NCBI RefSeq assembly: GCF_001194135.2
Contig: NC_068981.1
Location: 166,044,780 to 166,108,779 of the forward strand
Length of the DNA: 64,000 nucleotides
Reading direction: 5' to 3'
From: Octopus bimaculoides
Taxonomy: Eukaryota
In this document: piece after piece, positions 50,754-63,719 of the stretch
How positions within the stretch are numbered: the first letter of the stretch is position 1
Layout of the letters: each line of letters starts with the position of its first letter
Notes under the pieces: generated by a model
Seen by the model: the letters and a program-made list of their open reading frames with translations, nothing else
Databases searched by the model: none
Told to the model about the DNA's origin: nothing
Translations under genes and position numbers: made by a program

Positions 50754-51657
50754 TCTACTATAATAATTAATAAATAATTGACATTGGGTTGTGTGATCCA
50801 TGATGTATTATGACTAATGAAAGTTTGAGATGGTCACAATTGGAACACCACTAATTCACAGATCTAAATCAGTGTTGTGGCTAAAGTAGAAAACACTTGT
50901 CTGAAGTGCTATATAGTGAAATATAAGTTGAGACTATGTGGTAGCCAAGTGAACTCTGTATATATACACATGCACACATAACCACACATATTTATCTTAT
51001 TATTTTTTAGAGGTAGAGAGCATAGTTTCTTTATCATATTCAACTCATACTATTTCAATAATTACAGTGTGATGCCTTTTGTATGTAAATATCATCATTA
51101 TCATTGTTTAACATCTGCTTTTCATGCAGGCATGAGTTGGACAGTTTGACAGGAGCCAGCGAGCTAGAAGTCTACCCCAGGCTATTGTGTCTGTTTTTGG
51201 CAGGGTTTTTTTACGGCTGGATGCCCTTCCTAACACCAACCACTCCACAGAGTGGACCAAGTGCTTTTTATGTGGCCCCAGCACAGGCAAGGTCGGTTTT
51301 GGCACGGTTTTACAGTTGGATGCCCTCCCAAACTTCCAAATGCCAACCACTTTGCAGAGTGGACTCAGTATATTGAATCATTTTCTGGCTCAGATGACTT
51401 TGTCGATATGTTATTGGATTGCTAACTTACGTGTCTTGTGTTGAAATTCGCATAGACGTTGCTGTGCCACTTTGCTGAAATTTTTAACTCTATTTTTCAA
51501 TAGAGAATAAATAGGTGATAATAGGTATCTTGTTGTGACATTATAGCCAGAGTAAGATTTATTTCCTATATGCTTGCTCTATGAAACCGGTGTTAAACAC
51601 TGGTTTTATCTTGCATACTAAATCTCATGCACTAGATCTATACTTTTTATGTAGCTG

Positions 51658-51702
<45 letters not shown>

Positions 51703-51866
51703 ATAGTGGGGGTCAGGGAAGATGGCTGAAGCAATCAGCCTTACTGTAAAAAGCTTAGAACTTCCCTTTTCTGAGTTTTCAGTTGCAAGGATAACAGGAA
51801 TAGAAATTGCTTAGTTTACATTATTGAAGTAAAACTAAACGATGATTTATTTTTTTGTCCATGCAG

Positions 51867-51953
51867 AAAGCTGAACTGATAACATCCAGACAACTGATGG
51901 TAAAAGGTGGAACGCAAGATTTAGAGAACAAAATCTATGATCTTCAGGATGAG
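51867..51953 (+). CDS. EVI5: EVI5-like exon E8 (KAELITSRQLMVKGGTQDLENKIYDLQDE)
   Basis: tttgtccatgcag acceptor, GAG|GTAAGT donor, 87 nt, in frame. Confidence 0.88.
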
Positions 51954-52073
51954 GTAAGTCTAAAATGCAAAGTATTAAAGTTGTCTCCCTTATTTAAAAT
52001 TCTTGTTGAAATTACTTGCTTTACGAACTGTTATGAATTTTACTGGGTTTGAGCTTTTGCTATTTTCGTTGTT

Positions 52074-52211
52074 TGAATATCCCCGAGAACTACGTTAAGG
52101 GTCTGTGGAGTGCTCAGCCACTTGCACGTTAATTTCACGAGCAGGCTGTTCCGTTGATCGGATCAACTGGAACCCTCGATGTCGTAAGCGACAGAGTGCC
52201 AACAACAACAA
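52074..52211 (+). mobile_element. 3' half of the 19492 SINE
   Basis: gaatatccccgagaactacgttaaggg...gagtgccaacaacaac. Confidence 0.9.
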
Positions 52212-52412
52212 CCACAACAGCTTACCTGGGTTCCTTTTCTACAAATTTATATATTTGCTTATGAATTTTTTGTTCCTAATTTTACTATTGAACATACTTC
52301 TTACTTGCTATCCACTATGGAATGAGAGTGCTTACCTATTTTAAATTAGGTAGACTCTCACTAATTTATTTTCTTTTATTTCATTCATTTTTGTTCTATT
52401 TCAATTCTACAG

Positions 52413-52730
52413 GTATTGCAACTAAAAATGGACCATGGAAAAGGTTTAGAATCTGCTACTATGGTTGGTAGTTTCATGAGTGTTGGTGGAGATGATGAAG
52501 AAATGAGAGAGTTGATGGATTCTGAAACACTCAACAGGACATTAACTGAAATTATTGAAGGCAAATCTGATACTTCAGCTCATTTGAATGGCTTTCTTGA
52601 CCTGAGCCCCAACAATACAGACTCTGAATCACAAAACAATGAAACTACCGGTGAAGACGACAGCTTGGCTGTCCTGGAGAAAACTGTACAATCTTTTGAA
52701 AGGTCATTAGAAGATAAAGCGGCTGTTTGA
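52413..52730 (+). CDS. EVI5: EVI5-like terminal coding exon E9 (VLQLKMDHG...EDKAAV*), acidic tail
   Basis: ttctacag acceptor after a polypyrimidine tract; 105 codons then TGA; ORF track 52416..52730. Confidence 0.88.
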   Translation, partial: VLQLKMDHGKGLESATMVGSFMSVGGDDEEMRELMDSETLNRTLTEIIEGKSDTSAHLNGFLDLSPNNTDSESQNNETTGEDDSLAVLEKTVQSFERSLEDKAAV

Positions 52731-55700
52731 TGAAGCTTGAAACAAAAGCAGAACAAAACATGTCAGTTGTCTCGAGAAAATAATGGCTACTATACGGGTT
52801 CCAAATCTGAAAGAGAGCTGTGAATAGCTCTTAGTGCCTAGACCTGTAGATTTACACAAAATGCAACAACCACCACTATTACTACTACTACCTGCAGAAG
52901 AAAAGAGAGTATGAAATTATTAAAAAAAAAACAAAAAAACAATGGAAGTTCTGATGTAAATCAAGACATTTTCTTTTCCTATACAAGATATTTATTATGT
53001 GAAGCAACATGAAAACAAAAAAAAAAGAAACAAAACTTTTCACTCTTCATATCAGCTTTATTTATACTGTTCCCCAAAACCAGCAGTTAACTGGTTATTC
53101 CAAACCAAACACAGCTACATCTTCCTCATCAAGATTTTTTTTTTTTTAAGCATTTTTATGCCTGCTGGTATTTGTTGAAAGCTATTTCAGAAGAAAATTA
53201 TTAGTTTATATACTTTTTTTTTTTGAAGACCATTTTAATTGTTAATTTTTAATTATTAATTGTGTTTTAACTTGATGTCATATTGTAAATGTTTTACATT
53301 TGTATCTTCATGTCAGTATTGCAGTGAATGTGATGTATAATAGTATGCATGGATAATGTCTGTATTTTGTGAGTATGTTACACTTCAGAAGTTGTATATG
53401 TTCTGATATATTTCCATATTTCTGTACAGTGTATGTTCTGTAGTTGATAGTAAACATCACCTTCTGAATACCTTGTGGATAGTTGATGAATTAAATGAAA
53501 CATTATTGGTGACTGTTTACGTATAGAGGTGTATGTATGTGTGTTTATATGTTCGTGTATACATATATATAGGTGTGCAAATGAAAGAAAAATGTACTCC
53601 TTATCAGTAGAAGATTTTAAAATTTATTTGTAAGTGTGACTTCACTCTCTCACTACTCTGAGTTTCCCTGCTATGAGTATCACCTCATAGCAGACAGAAT
53701 AGTGGCAGAATGAAGCTTCAGTTTTAATTAAATGAAGATAAATATACATATATAATCACAACCAAAGCTAATTGCCCAATCTAACAAACACAGCAGACCA
53801 AGCAGTCACAGTAATGTGTTTGCTATGCACTTGATAGTACTAACAGGTCATCAGAAGTTTGTCTTGATACCAGCTTGTACTGCATCCTAAGCAATAATAT
53901 CTGTTATTTTTCCTTTAGGACTTCTCTTTACTTGAACCTAATCTTATAGGGTGAAATACTAATTTTCTGTTCTGTCTGCAGGAATAAGACAAAAATATTG
54001 CAAAGGTGTTAACCATTTTCTCCTATGAGCAATACTATAGTGAAAGTATGCCAAGCACTTTTTGATTGGCGTAACTATACAGTGAATGCTATAGTTAGAG
54101 GGGTAAAGTTCAGTGAAGAGCCACTTTATTGCCTTTGAACAAGGCATGTATTTTGAGACATGCTTAATTAATTCCTCTTCTAGAGCCAGTGAAGCAAGGG
54201 ACACTTCAAAATAACAGCTATTATTACCTTGTAGCAGTCTCACCACCTTTGGGCAATGTGAAACAATTTCCAGACTAAAAATTACTATTGGTTCATACAA
54301 GACAGCAAGTTGGATAATGTCATGCATGTTTGTATTATAAGTGTGTGTGTATGCATAGATAGACAGACAGGTAGACTTATATTCATACATATATATATAT
54401 ATATGAAGTATCACTTATTTTGTGGAATAAACTTTTAGGTGATGTAAATACAATTCTAACTAATTGTATTTACATACAATTGAATTTTTTTTTTTTTTCT
54501 TGTAAGTTAAAAACTATTACAATATTTCATTTAAATAACATAACATCTAAAGACAAAAAACTAAGAAAAATACAAAGAGAAATAGCTAGAAAAAGTGTTT
54601 TGGGGTGGATGCGAATGTGAGAAAAGTGAGAGAGAGAGAGAGGGGGGGGGGCTTTTTATGTCAGTTTTTGCTTGTTGAATCTTTAATCTATACTGTTGTT
54701 CATTTGTTATTAATATTTCATTTAGAAAATGGCACCATTACTTTACTGTTGAATACCCACCTATCCCCTAATTGAAACCCAAATCCTCCCACCAATAAAG
54801 GCCTTTACAATAATTGTTAACTTAGCTTCTACACACACACACTCACATATATAAGGCATATTTTCTATCATTCTAATATAGGCATCTATAATTAAAAATC
54901 TTTATAAGATCAAATAGTCAACTGAATATGGAACTGAAGTATTGACAACTCTGAGCTCAAGTTTACTATATACATTTAGTTATGTATTTGAGCAATATAA
55001 TTGATTCTACATGCTTTAATGTGTAGACTAACATGTATTTAAAAGACTACATGATATTCACATAGAAATTAGCTATGTAAGCTAAGCTAACTTGACAGTA
55101 ACTGTATGATTGTAAGTCTACAGTTTGATGTTAAACAAGAAGACATACAGATTGACATCCAAAGGCAAAATCTAAGGAAAGTAAAATAAATGTAAACGAT
55201 TCCTAGAGTACCAAGGGCCTCGTAACGGCTGATGCCTTAATGCCAGTTTCATTATGCAAAGCAGTTAAATCTCCCTGGATAATATTTCAGAAAACTTGGT
55301 GTGTATTCTTGAAAGCTAGGTGGACAAGGACATTTGATTTTACATGCCAAAGCATGTGTGATCATACAGTCATTGTCAATTTAGCTTCCATAGCTAATTT
55401 TTCTATGGCTACCATGTAGCTTTTTATGTATTATAATTTCTTTAGACTATATATACATATAGATATATTGTACAGCCATTAGCATATCATATTTAGGTCT
55501 ACGTAAAATATTATCGTTTGTTATACCATGTTTCGGTCTATTTATTAGACGACTCTTTAACCTTTTAATGTTCAGATTATTCTGTCAAATATAATGCTTA
55601 TTTATTCACATCATGGAATCAATCAGGCATTATCTCATAGCTTTGTTATTTTGATGATGTGATGATCAGTTTGAACATAAAACATGTAGAATTTTAGAGC

Positions 55701-58700
55701 CAGATATAGCCAGTTTAAAAGCCAAAGGGTTAAATGATGTGAATATGTCTAAATGCTATACAGTCTTTCAAATAACATATTTAGAGACTATAATATAAAC
55801 TTTGCATACTATATTTTGGTCTGTATATTCAGCCTTTCCATACCAAGTTTACTTGCACATCTATAAATGACCTCTTTGCACAACATATTTAGGTATCTAT
55901 TGACAGATATTTCTTGAAAATATGTGTGTGTGTATCAACAGGAAAACTAAGTGCCGTTCAGTTAAAATAAACCCCAAAACAATTTTCCAGTATATATCAG
56001 CACACAAACATGCTTTTTCTTTCTAGTAATCATTCATAGACATACACACACATATTCATCTGTACATTGTTGATTGTATTAATGTAATATACAAACATCT
56101 AAATTATGTATACTTATTTTATCAGCCTATTGGCTGGCAGGATCTTGAAAAAGTAGTTGACCTTTTTTGTTTTCTTTTTTTGGCACTTTGTTTTGTGTTG
56201 TTTTTTTTATACTCGATCATTTGTGTATTAATTCAACTGATTTATTAATTCAAAAATCCCTGCTTTGATGAAAGAGATTTGTTGTAAAGAGAAAAAAAAA
56301 TGTATAAATATTTTAAAATCAAACAAAAATCATTGAATTGATAATTGTAGTTTGAAATAAGCTGGGCTCTGATTTTAAACTTTTACAAAACAATATCACC
56401 AAAATACTCTATTCTTACATTGTTTTTTTTTCTCTTTTCATATTTTTTGTTTTTTAAATATAAAATTTCTGGGTGATGGCGTTATCTAAAGCTATAAAGC
56501 ACTACACTGAATGCTTTACAACATCTATTTTTATTTTATTCATATTTTGAACTGAAACCCCTAAGAAAATTGACTGTGTCATTCTTAACATCCCTGTGGT
56601 TAATGAAATAAGTACCAGTAAGATGTTTTTTACCCAGTTCAATCAACCATACCTCTCCCTTACAAAAATTAGAACTCTGCCTAGTCACAAAAAAAAAAAA
56701 AGAAAAATCCCTAGTATAAATGTCTTCTGAAATGTTAGATTAACTTTCAAAAAATCAACAGTGGCACTTTTGTTTATATTCTTTTTATGTGTCAAGGTTA
56801 AAAACCCATTTCTTTAATGCAGAAATTATTGAAGAAAATGTACAAATTATACAGCAGGCCTAAACATAGCACTCAGTCTAGCAGCAATACCTGATTCTTA
56901 GATGCCTTTAGTAAAGTTCACTTAATTATTTCCGATTCTGGGCATCAATCTTACCAAACTGGAAAACCTACAAAGTTCATGGGCACTTCCCTTATTCTGA
57001 TTACCAACTTATGAAATAATCCCAACATTTTTTTATTTAGCTTGTCACTAATATTTGTCATTTTATTTATAGTATTGTTTTTAATACCTGACAAGCTGGA
57101 CTTGATCTTAGCTCTTTAATGATCTGATAAAAAGTGATGTAAAAATTTGACAGGATTTGAACATAGAATATCTAGTTTATCAACCAATGCTCAAGTATTG
57201 AGACATTGTTTTACTGCCTGTATAGTTTTTCATTTGATTGTTATCAGGCCATAACTGTATATGGGATTGGTTTTATTTTCACATTGTCATCATTTAAATA
57301 TCAATGAATTTAGTTGATACAGAAAATGTGATTTTTTTTTTTTGTTAAATGTACATAAATTCTTGTAATCTATATACACTGGCTTCTGCACTCACATATG
57401 AATTGTAAAATGAACTTATTTACTAAAAATAATATAAATGTAAGTTGTACTAAATCCAACTTCTTGTAATTTCTTGAAGTATCTCCTGCTGTATTAAACA
57501 AACTACTACTGTAAATTTCAATATTTCAAAGATGTAAAAACACGAGTTACATGTCACATTATGTACAGACCAATAATTTGTTGTGAATATTCTGGAATTT
57601 GACATTCTAAAAAACAAAAATGCTAATTAGGTTTTTTTTTTTTTTTTTTTTAAGTAGCATTCAAATAACCTTATACAGGCCTTTGTTTTCCTGAATTAAA
57701 AAAAAAATGTAAACAGTTGTGTTGTCTTTAAAAATCATAAAATATAGCAAAAGGAGAAGGAAAAAAAAAATTGAACTAATGATTTTTTTCAGTGTAGGAG
57801 AAATGTCTTCCATATTTGTTGACAAAACAGCATTCTGGGTTCTTTTTCAGCCAGAAGGCAGACAGTCTAGCAACTGAATTTTNNNNNNNNNNNNNNNNNN
57901 NNNNNNNNNNNNNNNNNNNNNNNNNNNNNNNNNNNNNNNNNNNNNNNNNNNNNNNNNNNNNNNNNNNNNNNNNNNNNNNNNNNNNNNNNNNNNNNNNNAG
58001 CCATCTTCCTTAATTTATTTAACTACTGCCAGCATGGAAGACAGACGTTAAATGATGAAGCATTATTGTATACTTCCTTTGTCTCTACTATGAGAATTTT
58101 AAAGTGGGGGGTGAGTGTTATTTCATGACTCTTAAGGAATATTCATTGGCAACCATTAGATCAATTTATAGAAAAAAAAGGTAGGCTCCAGAGGACATAC
58201 AGATTAGTTGTTTGAGAATGTATTTTGCACAATATGACTGGATCTTTGAGCCTCTACCAGTTTAATGTATTCAGCATACAATAATAGAGAATGGTCTTGC
58301 TACAATCAAAAAGGCATTCCAGCAGCTAAGAAATCGATATACTGTCCTTAAAAGTCAATACTATCACTTGCATTGTACATGGTGACAGCCCAGCAGTCTA
58401 AAAGTTTATTTTAGCATAACACCATATTTTTCATTCACCTTGTTACAACATATACAATACACCTAAAGCAGCCGATGTTTTGTTGTCAATCATTGGCAAC
58501 CTTAGAGATTAATATTCATCTGCAGTGTTTTTGTTTTTTCCCCACAAACCTGCAGATTGCAGTAACAACAGGTCAATTTTTACCTCTCACCATATTGAAA
58601 TGGTCTTCAAGTGTTGTAGCTGTTTCTGATCATAAAACAAAACTGGTATATTGTTCAAACTGGAAACAGATAAAACTTTAGGAGTTATATTTGTTACATA

Positions 58701-59490
58701 CAAACATATTCGATGTTTATAATATGCACATAATTTCAGATAAAACATCTTGTTTTCAGATTATTAGCTATGATTGGGGGAGTAGAGGGAGAAACTTAAT
58801 CTGCTGCAATGTTAAATTTCTTTTATTTTTAAAATAAAATAACGTTTTAATCTATTTTAGTTGACTAGCAAATTTTAACCAGATAAAAAAGAAATTTTTT
58901 TTTAAAGTTAACTTAGTTATCAGCATGCAAGTCTTCCTCTTGTTAACTCAATTTTATTCATTCAATTCTTTATATTTTCCAAAGCATTAAATTTCAGAAT
59001 GACATTCATAGACATACTGAAATATCTGACATTGTGCCAATTGATGTTAAAGTAACAGCATTAATTAAACTGTTCCATCTTCAATGCTAGAGTAATATTT
59101 CTTTAAAACAATGAATTGTGAAAATTAAATTCTACCCCACTACCCTCGTTTATTATTACTACTACTATTAGATATGTTCAATCCCACCAAAAACCTTGGT
59201 AATTTTGAAATATAATTTTGTTCTTTTTGACAACTTCACATTTTTTTCTAAATATTTATTTATGAGGAACTTAGAAAACTAAATGTCATTCTGGATCGGT
59301 GTTGATAAAAATGTATTAATGTACAACTGGTTTTAAATAATTGAAAGAAGGAAAAAAAAAAATGAATCTCTAAACAAATGTAAAGAAAGATTAACATGTT
59401 TGAAAAGTTCAAAATTTCCAAAGTTTGTAGAGACTTGTAAATAATTATTTTGTTGCAACTTGTACAATAAAGCCAAAGTGATACAGCTCT
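52731..59490 (+). other. Probable long 3' UTR of the EVI5-like gene
   Basis: T-tract-rich sequence with few young repeats; Pumilio-type motifs TGTACATA (57350) and TGTAAATA (59436); ends at a well-formed poly(A) site. Confidence 0.45.
55557..55733 (+). mobile_element. piggyBac-type MITE, shortened
   Basis: TTAA-ccttt...ttcagattattctgtcaaat ... aaaagccaaaggg-TTAA. Confidence 0.75.
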
Positions 59491-59505
59491 CAGTCTTGTT
59501 GTTCT
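59461..59505 (+). terminator. Candidate polyadenylation signal
   Basis: TGTA (59461), AATAAA (59466-59471), then GT/T-rich gtcttgttgttct about 20 nt downstream. Confidence 0.5.
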
Positions 59506-59781
59506 TTCAAATCTGCATTAAAACTGTTGAAGGTATTTCAGGGGATAGCTCTACTATTTAGATGCGGTAGGGATTCTGGAGCTAAAGAAGAAGAGAATTA
59601 AAAGGTAATAAAATTTGGGAAAGTCACGCAGGAAATTAAAGAAAATGTTCATTGTTATGACATCTCTTCATGCCACAAGTGCCATGGTTTACTCAGCTCA
59701 CACAACCCATTTATCTAACTTACTTTCATAACTTGGTCCATCACTTTACTTAAATTCTTTAACCCTTAGCATTCAGACTAC

Positions 59782-59990
59782 TTACCTCTGCCTCAGCGAA
59801 GGCAGAGGTATTATTTTCAGTCATGTTTGTTTGACCATGGACAAGATACCTCAAGAACCGCTGGATGGATTCAGATGAAATTTCTAAGGATGCTTGGCCT
59901 CATGACTATCACAAACTGATTAGATTTTGGGATGGATCTGGTACCAGACAAAGATTCTGGATTATTTGTTATATTTACTTTAAAGGAAGT
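59782..59990 (+). mobile_element. Non-autonomous Helentron (HINE)-like element
   Basis: Starts with a perfect 11 bp hairpin tacctctgcct/aggcagaggta, then gtttgtttg and ...ggatggattc.gatgaaa...gattagattttgg, as recalled for HINEs. Confidence 0.55.
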
Positions 59991-60255
59991 ATTACGTTGA
60001 CTTTCAAGTCTGATTATCTCCCTTGAAAGCACACTCATGGCTTCCACATAAGTTATGACAATGTTGCTGTTTCCAAAGTTTTATTTTTGTTTATTATTCA
60101 TTTTACTCGCATCTCTTAGAAACTGCTGGATAAAGAAATCAAACTACATAAACAGCAGCAAAACCGTCCAAAGATTAAATAACACTAACATATTCAGTAA
60201 CTATAATAAATTTAGTTTTACCAATTTTGAATATATTGCTTCTGTTTAAAACATT

Positions 60256-60420
60256 TTTGAGCACAACGATGTTAAACCTCTGTTAACAGCAGCACCACAT
60301 GCAGGTCCTTTCTGTTTTCTTTCACGCACGGATAAATTTTTCACTATAGACTTGAATGGTCATAAAGACACGATATCAGTGGATAGACTAAAAATGGCCT
60401 TCATAAAGAAAACTGTCCCT
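60256..60420 (+). mobile_element. Ty3/Gypsy integrase C-terminal (GPY/F) fragment
   Basis: HNDVKPLLTAAPHAGPFCFLSRTDKFFTIDLNGHKDTISVDRLKMAF. Confidence 0.82.
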
Positions 60421-60920
60421 GTTCCCACTGCAGACAACACATACACAGCATTACAAACATGGCCCGCACACACACCTTCACATTCCATGACTACCATTGG
60501 GATCAATCAGGTACGGTCAAAGGTTCTGGATTATTTTTCAGTTCTTTTTTTTCAAATTTAATTTCTGAGAGTAGTCAGGTTCACTTTCAGTATTCTCGTT
60601 TGTGAGAGCAGTCTAGTTTATTTCAGATATTCTCAATTTAAAAACAATCTCAGTGCTCTTGTTACCATTGCTTTGAATCAGTCATTTATATCATAGTTAA
60701 ATGGTTTTGCAGATTTATTTTTAGAATGTAGGGTAGGTATGAAAGGCTGGATTTGGTCTATTTAAATAAATGCGGAAGGGTTAGATGAATAAACACATTA
60801 ACAAAACAAAAATAACACTGTTGTATATTCCTTTATTTCAATTCAACTGCTATAAAATTTGAGCATTATGCACAACAATTTAATGAGAGAGAGAGTTAAA
60901 GAAGGAATACTTCATTTGTA

Positions 60921-61097
60921 TTCTGAAAGCAGATTTAGGTTCGCATTCATTTATTTATTGTGAAAGTAGATATATGTCCACATTCATTCGTTCTTTGTGA
61001 AAGATTTAGGTTTGCATTCATTCATTCATTCATTCTGAAAGCAGATTTAGGTTCACATTCATTCACTGTTAAGGCAGATTTAGGTTCGCAGTCACTC
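60921..61097. repeat. Diverged minisatellite, ~5 units of 30-45 bp
   Basis: Recurrent gaaagcagatttaggttcgcattcatt. Confidence 0.85.
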
Positions 61098-62214
61098 TTC
61101 ATGCAGCACAAACAAAAAATAAAAACCAGTCGTGTTTCCAGAACCCAAAGCAAGTCATACATACAACAAAAAAACATGTCACACCACAACATGAGGAAAG
61201 GAAAGAGAATTAGTTATTTCTTGATCATACTAAAACTTGCTGCAAATGCCTGCAAAATATATTTTATTAAGTTCAAATGCTAAAAAGTCAATTGCATACA
61301 GCATACACTAGTAAAATAATGTATTTCAAATCTGTATATCCATAAATTAACAATACACAAATATTTAATATTTACAAAGAAAGAAGAAATTGTCAAAGAA
61401 TGACAAAAATAACGGGTAAAATTTCAATAACAAAATTTCAAATTTGTATTTAATATTTTAAAAACTCAAACCACTGATTATTTAAATTTAACACGATTTT
61501 TTAAATTTTTTTATTCTGTCCAAACACTAAGAGAAAATAAACTAGTATGTAAATTTATCTGAATAATTAACTGCCTCACTATGGCTCAAAATCTATGCTG
61601 GATTATCGTTTAATGCCTGCTTACTTGGCCTACCTTAGCTGCAACTGTCATATAACATTCCACAACTATTTAAAGGAATTGCACATTTATGATCCTAGAC
61701 AAGACAAGTTTAGCATGTCCAGAAAGGGGACTAGAGCTTCGCAATAGCTATCCAACAAAGAGTAATATTTACAAATAGTTTGAAGTCACAGCTGCAGTTA
61801 AATATCAAGGTTATTTACAAAATGAAGTGAAAGATTGGAAAAATCTCAGCAGATAAAAAGTGAAAACATAAAAATGCCAAAGTTGCAGCAAAAAAATAAA
61901 TAAATAAATAAATAAATAAAGTGGAGGTACAACTGAAAGAAATTTTAGAGTATACAAGCTATCATGGTAATAAAGAAACTTAGCGGCAAAGAAAAGGTTT
62001 TGAAAATGCTATCACATAGTTTATCCAGAAATGAAACATTTTTTTAAAACCACATACCAATCAACAAACTATGTGCTTGTGTGTTCAGTGTATAGGTGAC
62101 CTTAACTCTCAATCAAATAACAGCCACATAACACTACATCTATTAGTCATCAAACAACTTGTGCTAATGTGAATGTTTTTACATATTCAGCAACTGTCAT
62201 AAGCTGAATAAAGA

Positions 62215-62640
62215 AAGGATTTGGAAAGAGCAATGCTAATGTGAAATTCTGTTTTAAATTGGGAATAATTATGAAGACCTCTCTAATGCTGCTACAGCCC
62301 TATATGAAGGACTGAGCTGTACACAATGTTACAAGTGGTACCAGCATTTCAAATTGGGAAGATGATGAAAATCAAAAGAAAATCTTAAATCTAGACAAAC
62401 TTTCATGAAGACAAATGATCACATTGCAAAAATGTGGGCTGCTGTTTTTTTTGGAAAGTCTGTGCTGTACAATGTTACCACAAAATTTGTCATATCAGCA
62501 GATATATGAACCAAAACAGTTCTGAGTCACAGTCAGTTGAATGCTCGAATAAAGATGAAAATTTTTTTGAAAAGTGTATCGATGGGTGACAAAATGTAGG
62601 TGTATGATTAGAAGCTTGAAACAAAAAGGAAGGGCCAAAT
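62215..62640 (+). mobile_element. Very decayed mariner remnant
   Basis: NVKFCFKLG, CYKWYQHFK, and GDKM*VYD*KLETKR (compare TGDETWVY.YD.ETK). Confidence 0.6.
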
Positions 62641-63719
62641 TTCAAATGATAGGAAAGATCAAAATAACTTTGCTATTAGAACTCTGCACTAAACCTGAAA
62701 ACAAGTTCCAACTGCACAAAATAGTGTTCATCATATAAAAGAAAAGACATCATTATCAAGCAATTCTTCATTTGGTATACATATGTCTAGTGATGTACGA
62801 AAGAAAATCTACAAAAGCTAAAATCGATTCAAATCAAACATGAAAATGTCAAGTTGTGTGGCCTGTTTAGCATTGAAAGCACTTAAACTGCCAAGTAGTA
62901 AAAATTCTGAGAGTAAAAGAACCCTTTGTTTGAGCGATACTTCATAACCAACACATATTGTTATGAACAGTTTAACAGTAAAAGAGAAAAACAAAAAGAA
63001 AAAAAAAATACATAAAAATTGCTTTTTGTGGTGGGGAAAAAAAAGCCAGCATTCGAAATACAAAAAGCAAGTAGACTATGTAACAAGGGTGTTTACTCGA
63101 TAACTGATGAGTCAGACAAAAAAAATCTAAAACAAAGACAACTTAAAATATATAATCTCTATGATTATATTTTGCCTGTAATGTCTAACAAACACAAAAA
63201 AAGCTATATGACAGAAGTCTATTTTCTTTTTTAACCTCATAAACCCAGAAGAAAGGGCTTCCCAAATGTATAACCTAAAATACAAGCATTTGTTAAAACT
63301 TAGACAGCCAACAGTACTGAAAAAACAATCTAATTCCATTTAAGAAATTGCATTAATGTTATAAATTTTTTATTGGAGTCAAGATTTTATGTAATTAGTA
63401 ACTATTATTATTATTACTGTTTTTATTGAAATTACATTGACTATATACATATAGTCAATGTTCCTGAAATGGAACTGCTAAGTTATAAAAGTAAAATGTT
63501 AATTCTAAATATCTTTTTATTGACTATTTTATTTCAATGTTATTCTTCATTTCTGTTAAATTTTAATTACTTAATCCCGCAAATACTTTGTACATGTGCA
63601 TGTGTAAAGAAAAAGAGAAAATGAAATTGGTCACAATTTTGAATGCATTGCATCCATACATGCATGAATATATGGGTGCAAATGCTTAATAAAAAGTTTT
63701 CTGCCTCACCTGATTTTTT

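Noticed and set aside
52731-59490. Seed matches for miR-7 (57805, 58931), miR-9 (53761), miR-124 (55233) and miR-8 (53314)
   Set aside because: Single 7-8-mers are expected by chance in 6.7 kb; not supportable without conservation data.
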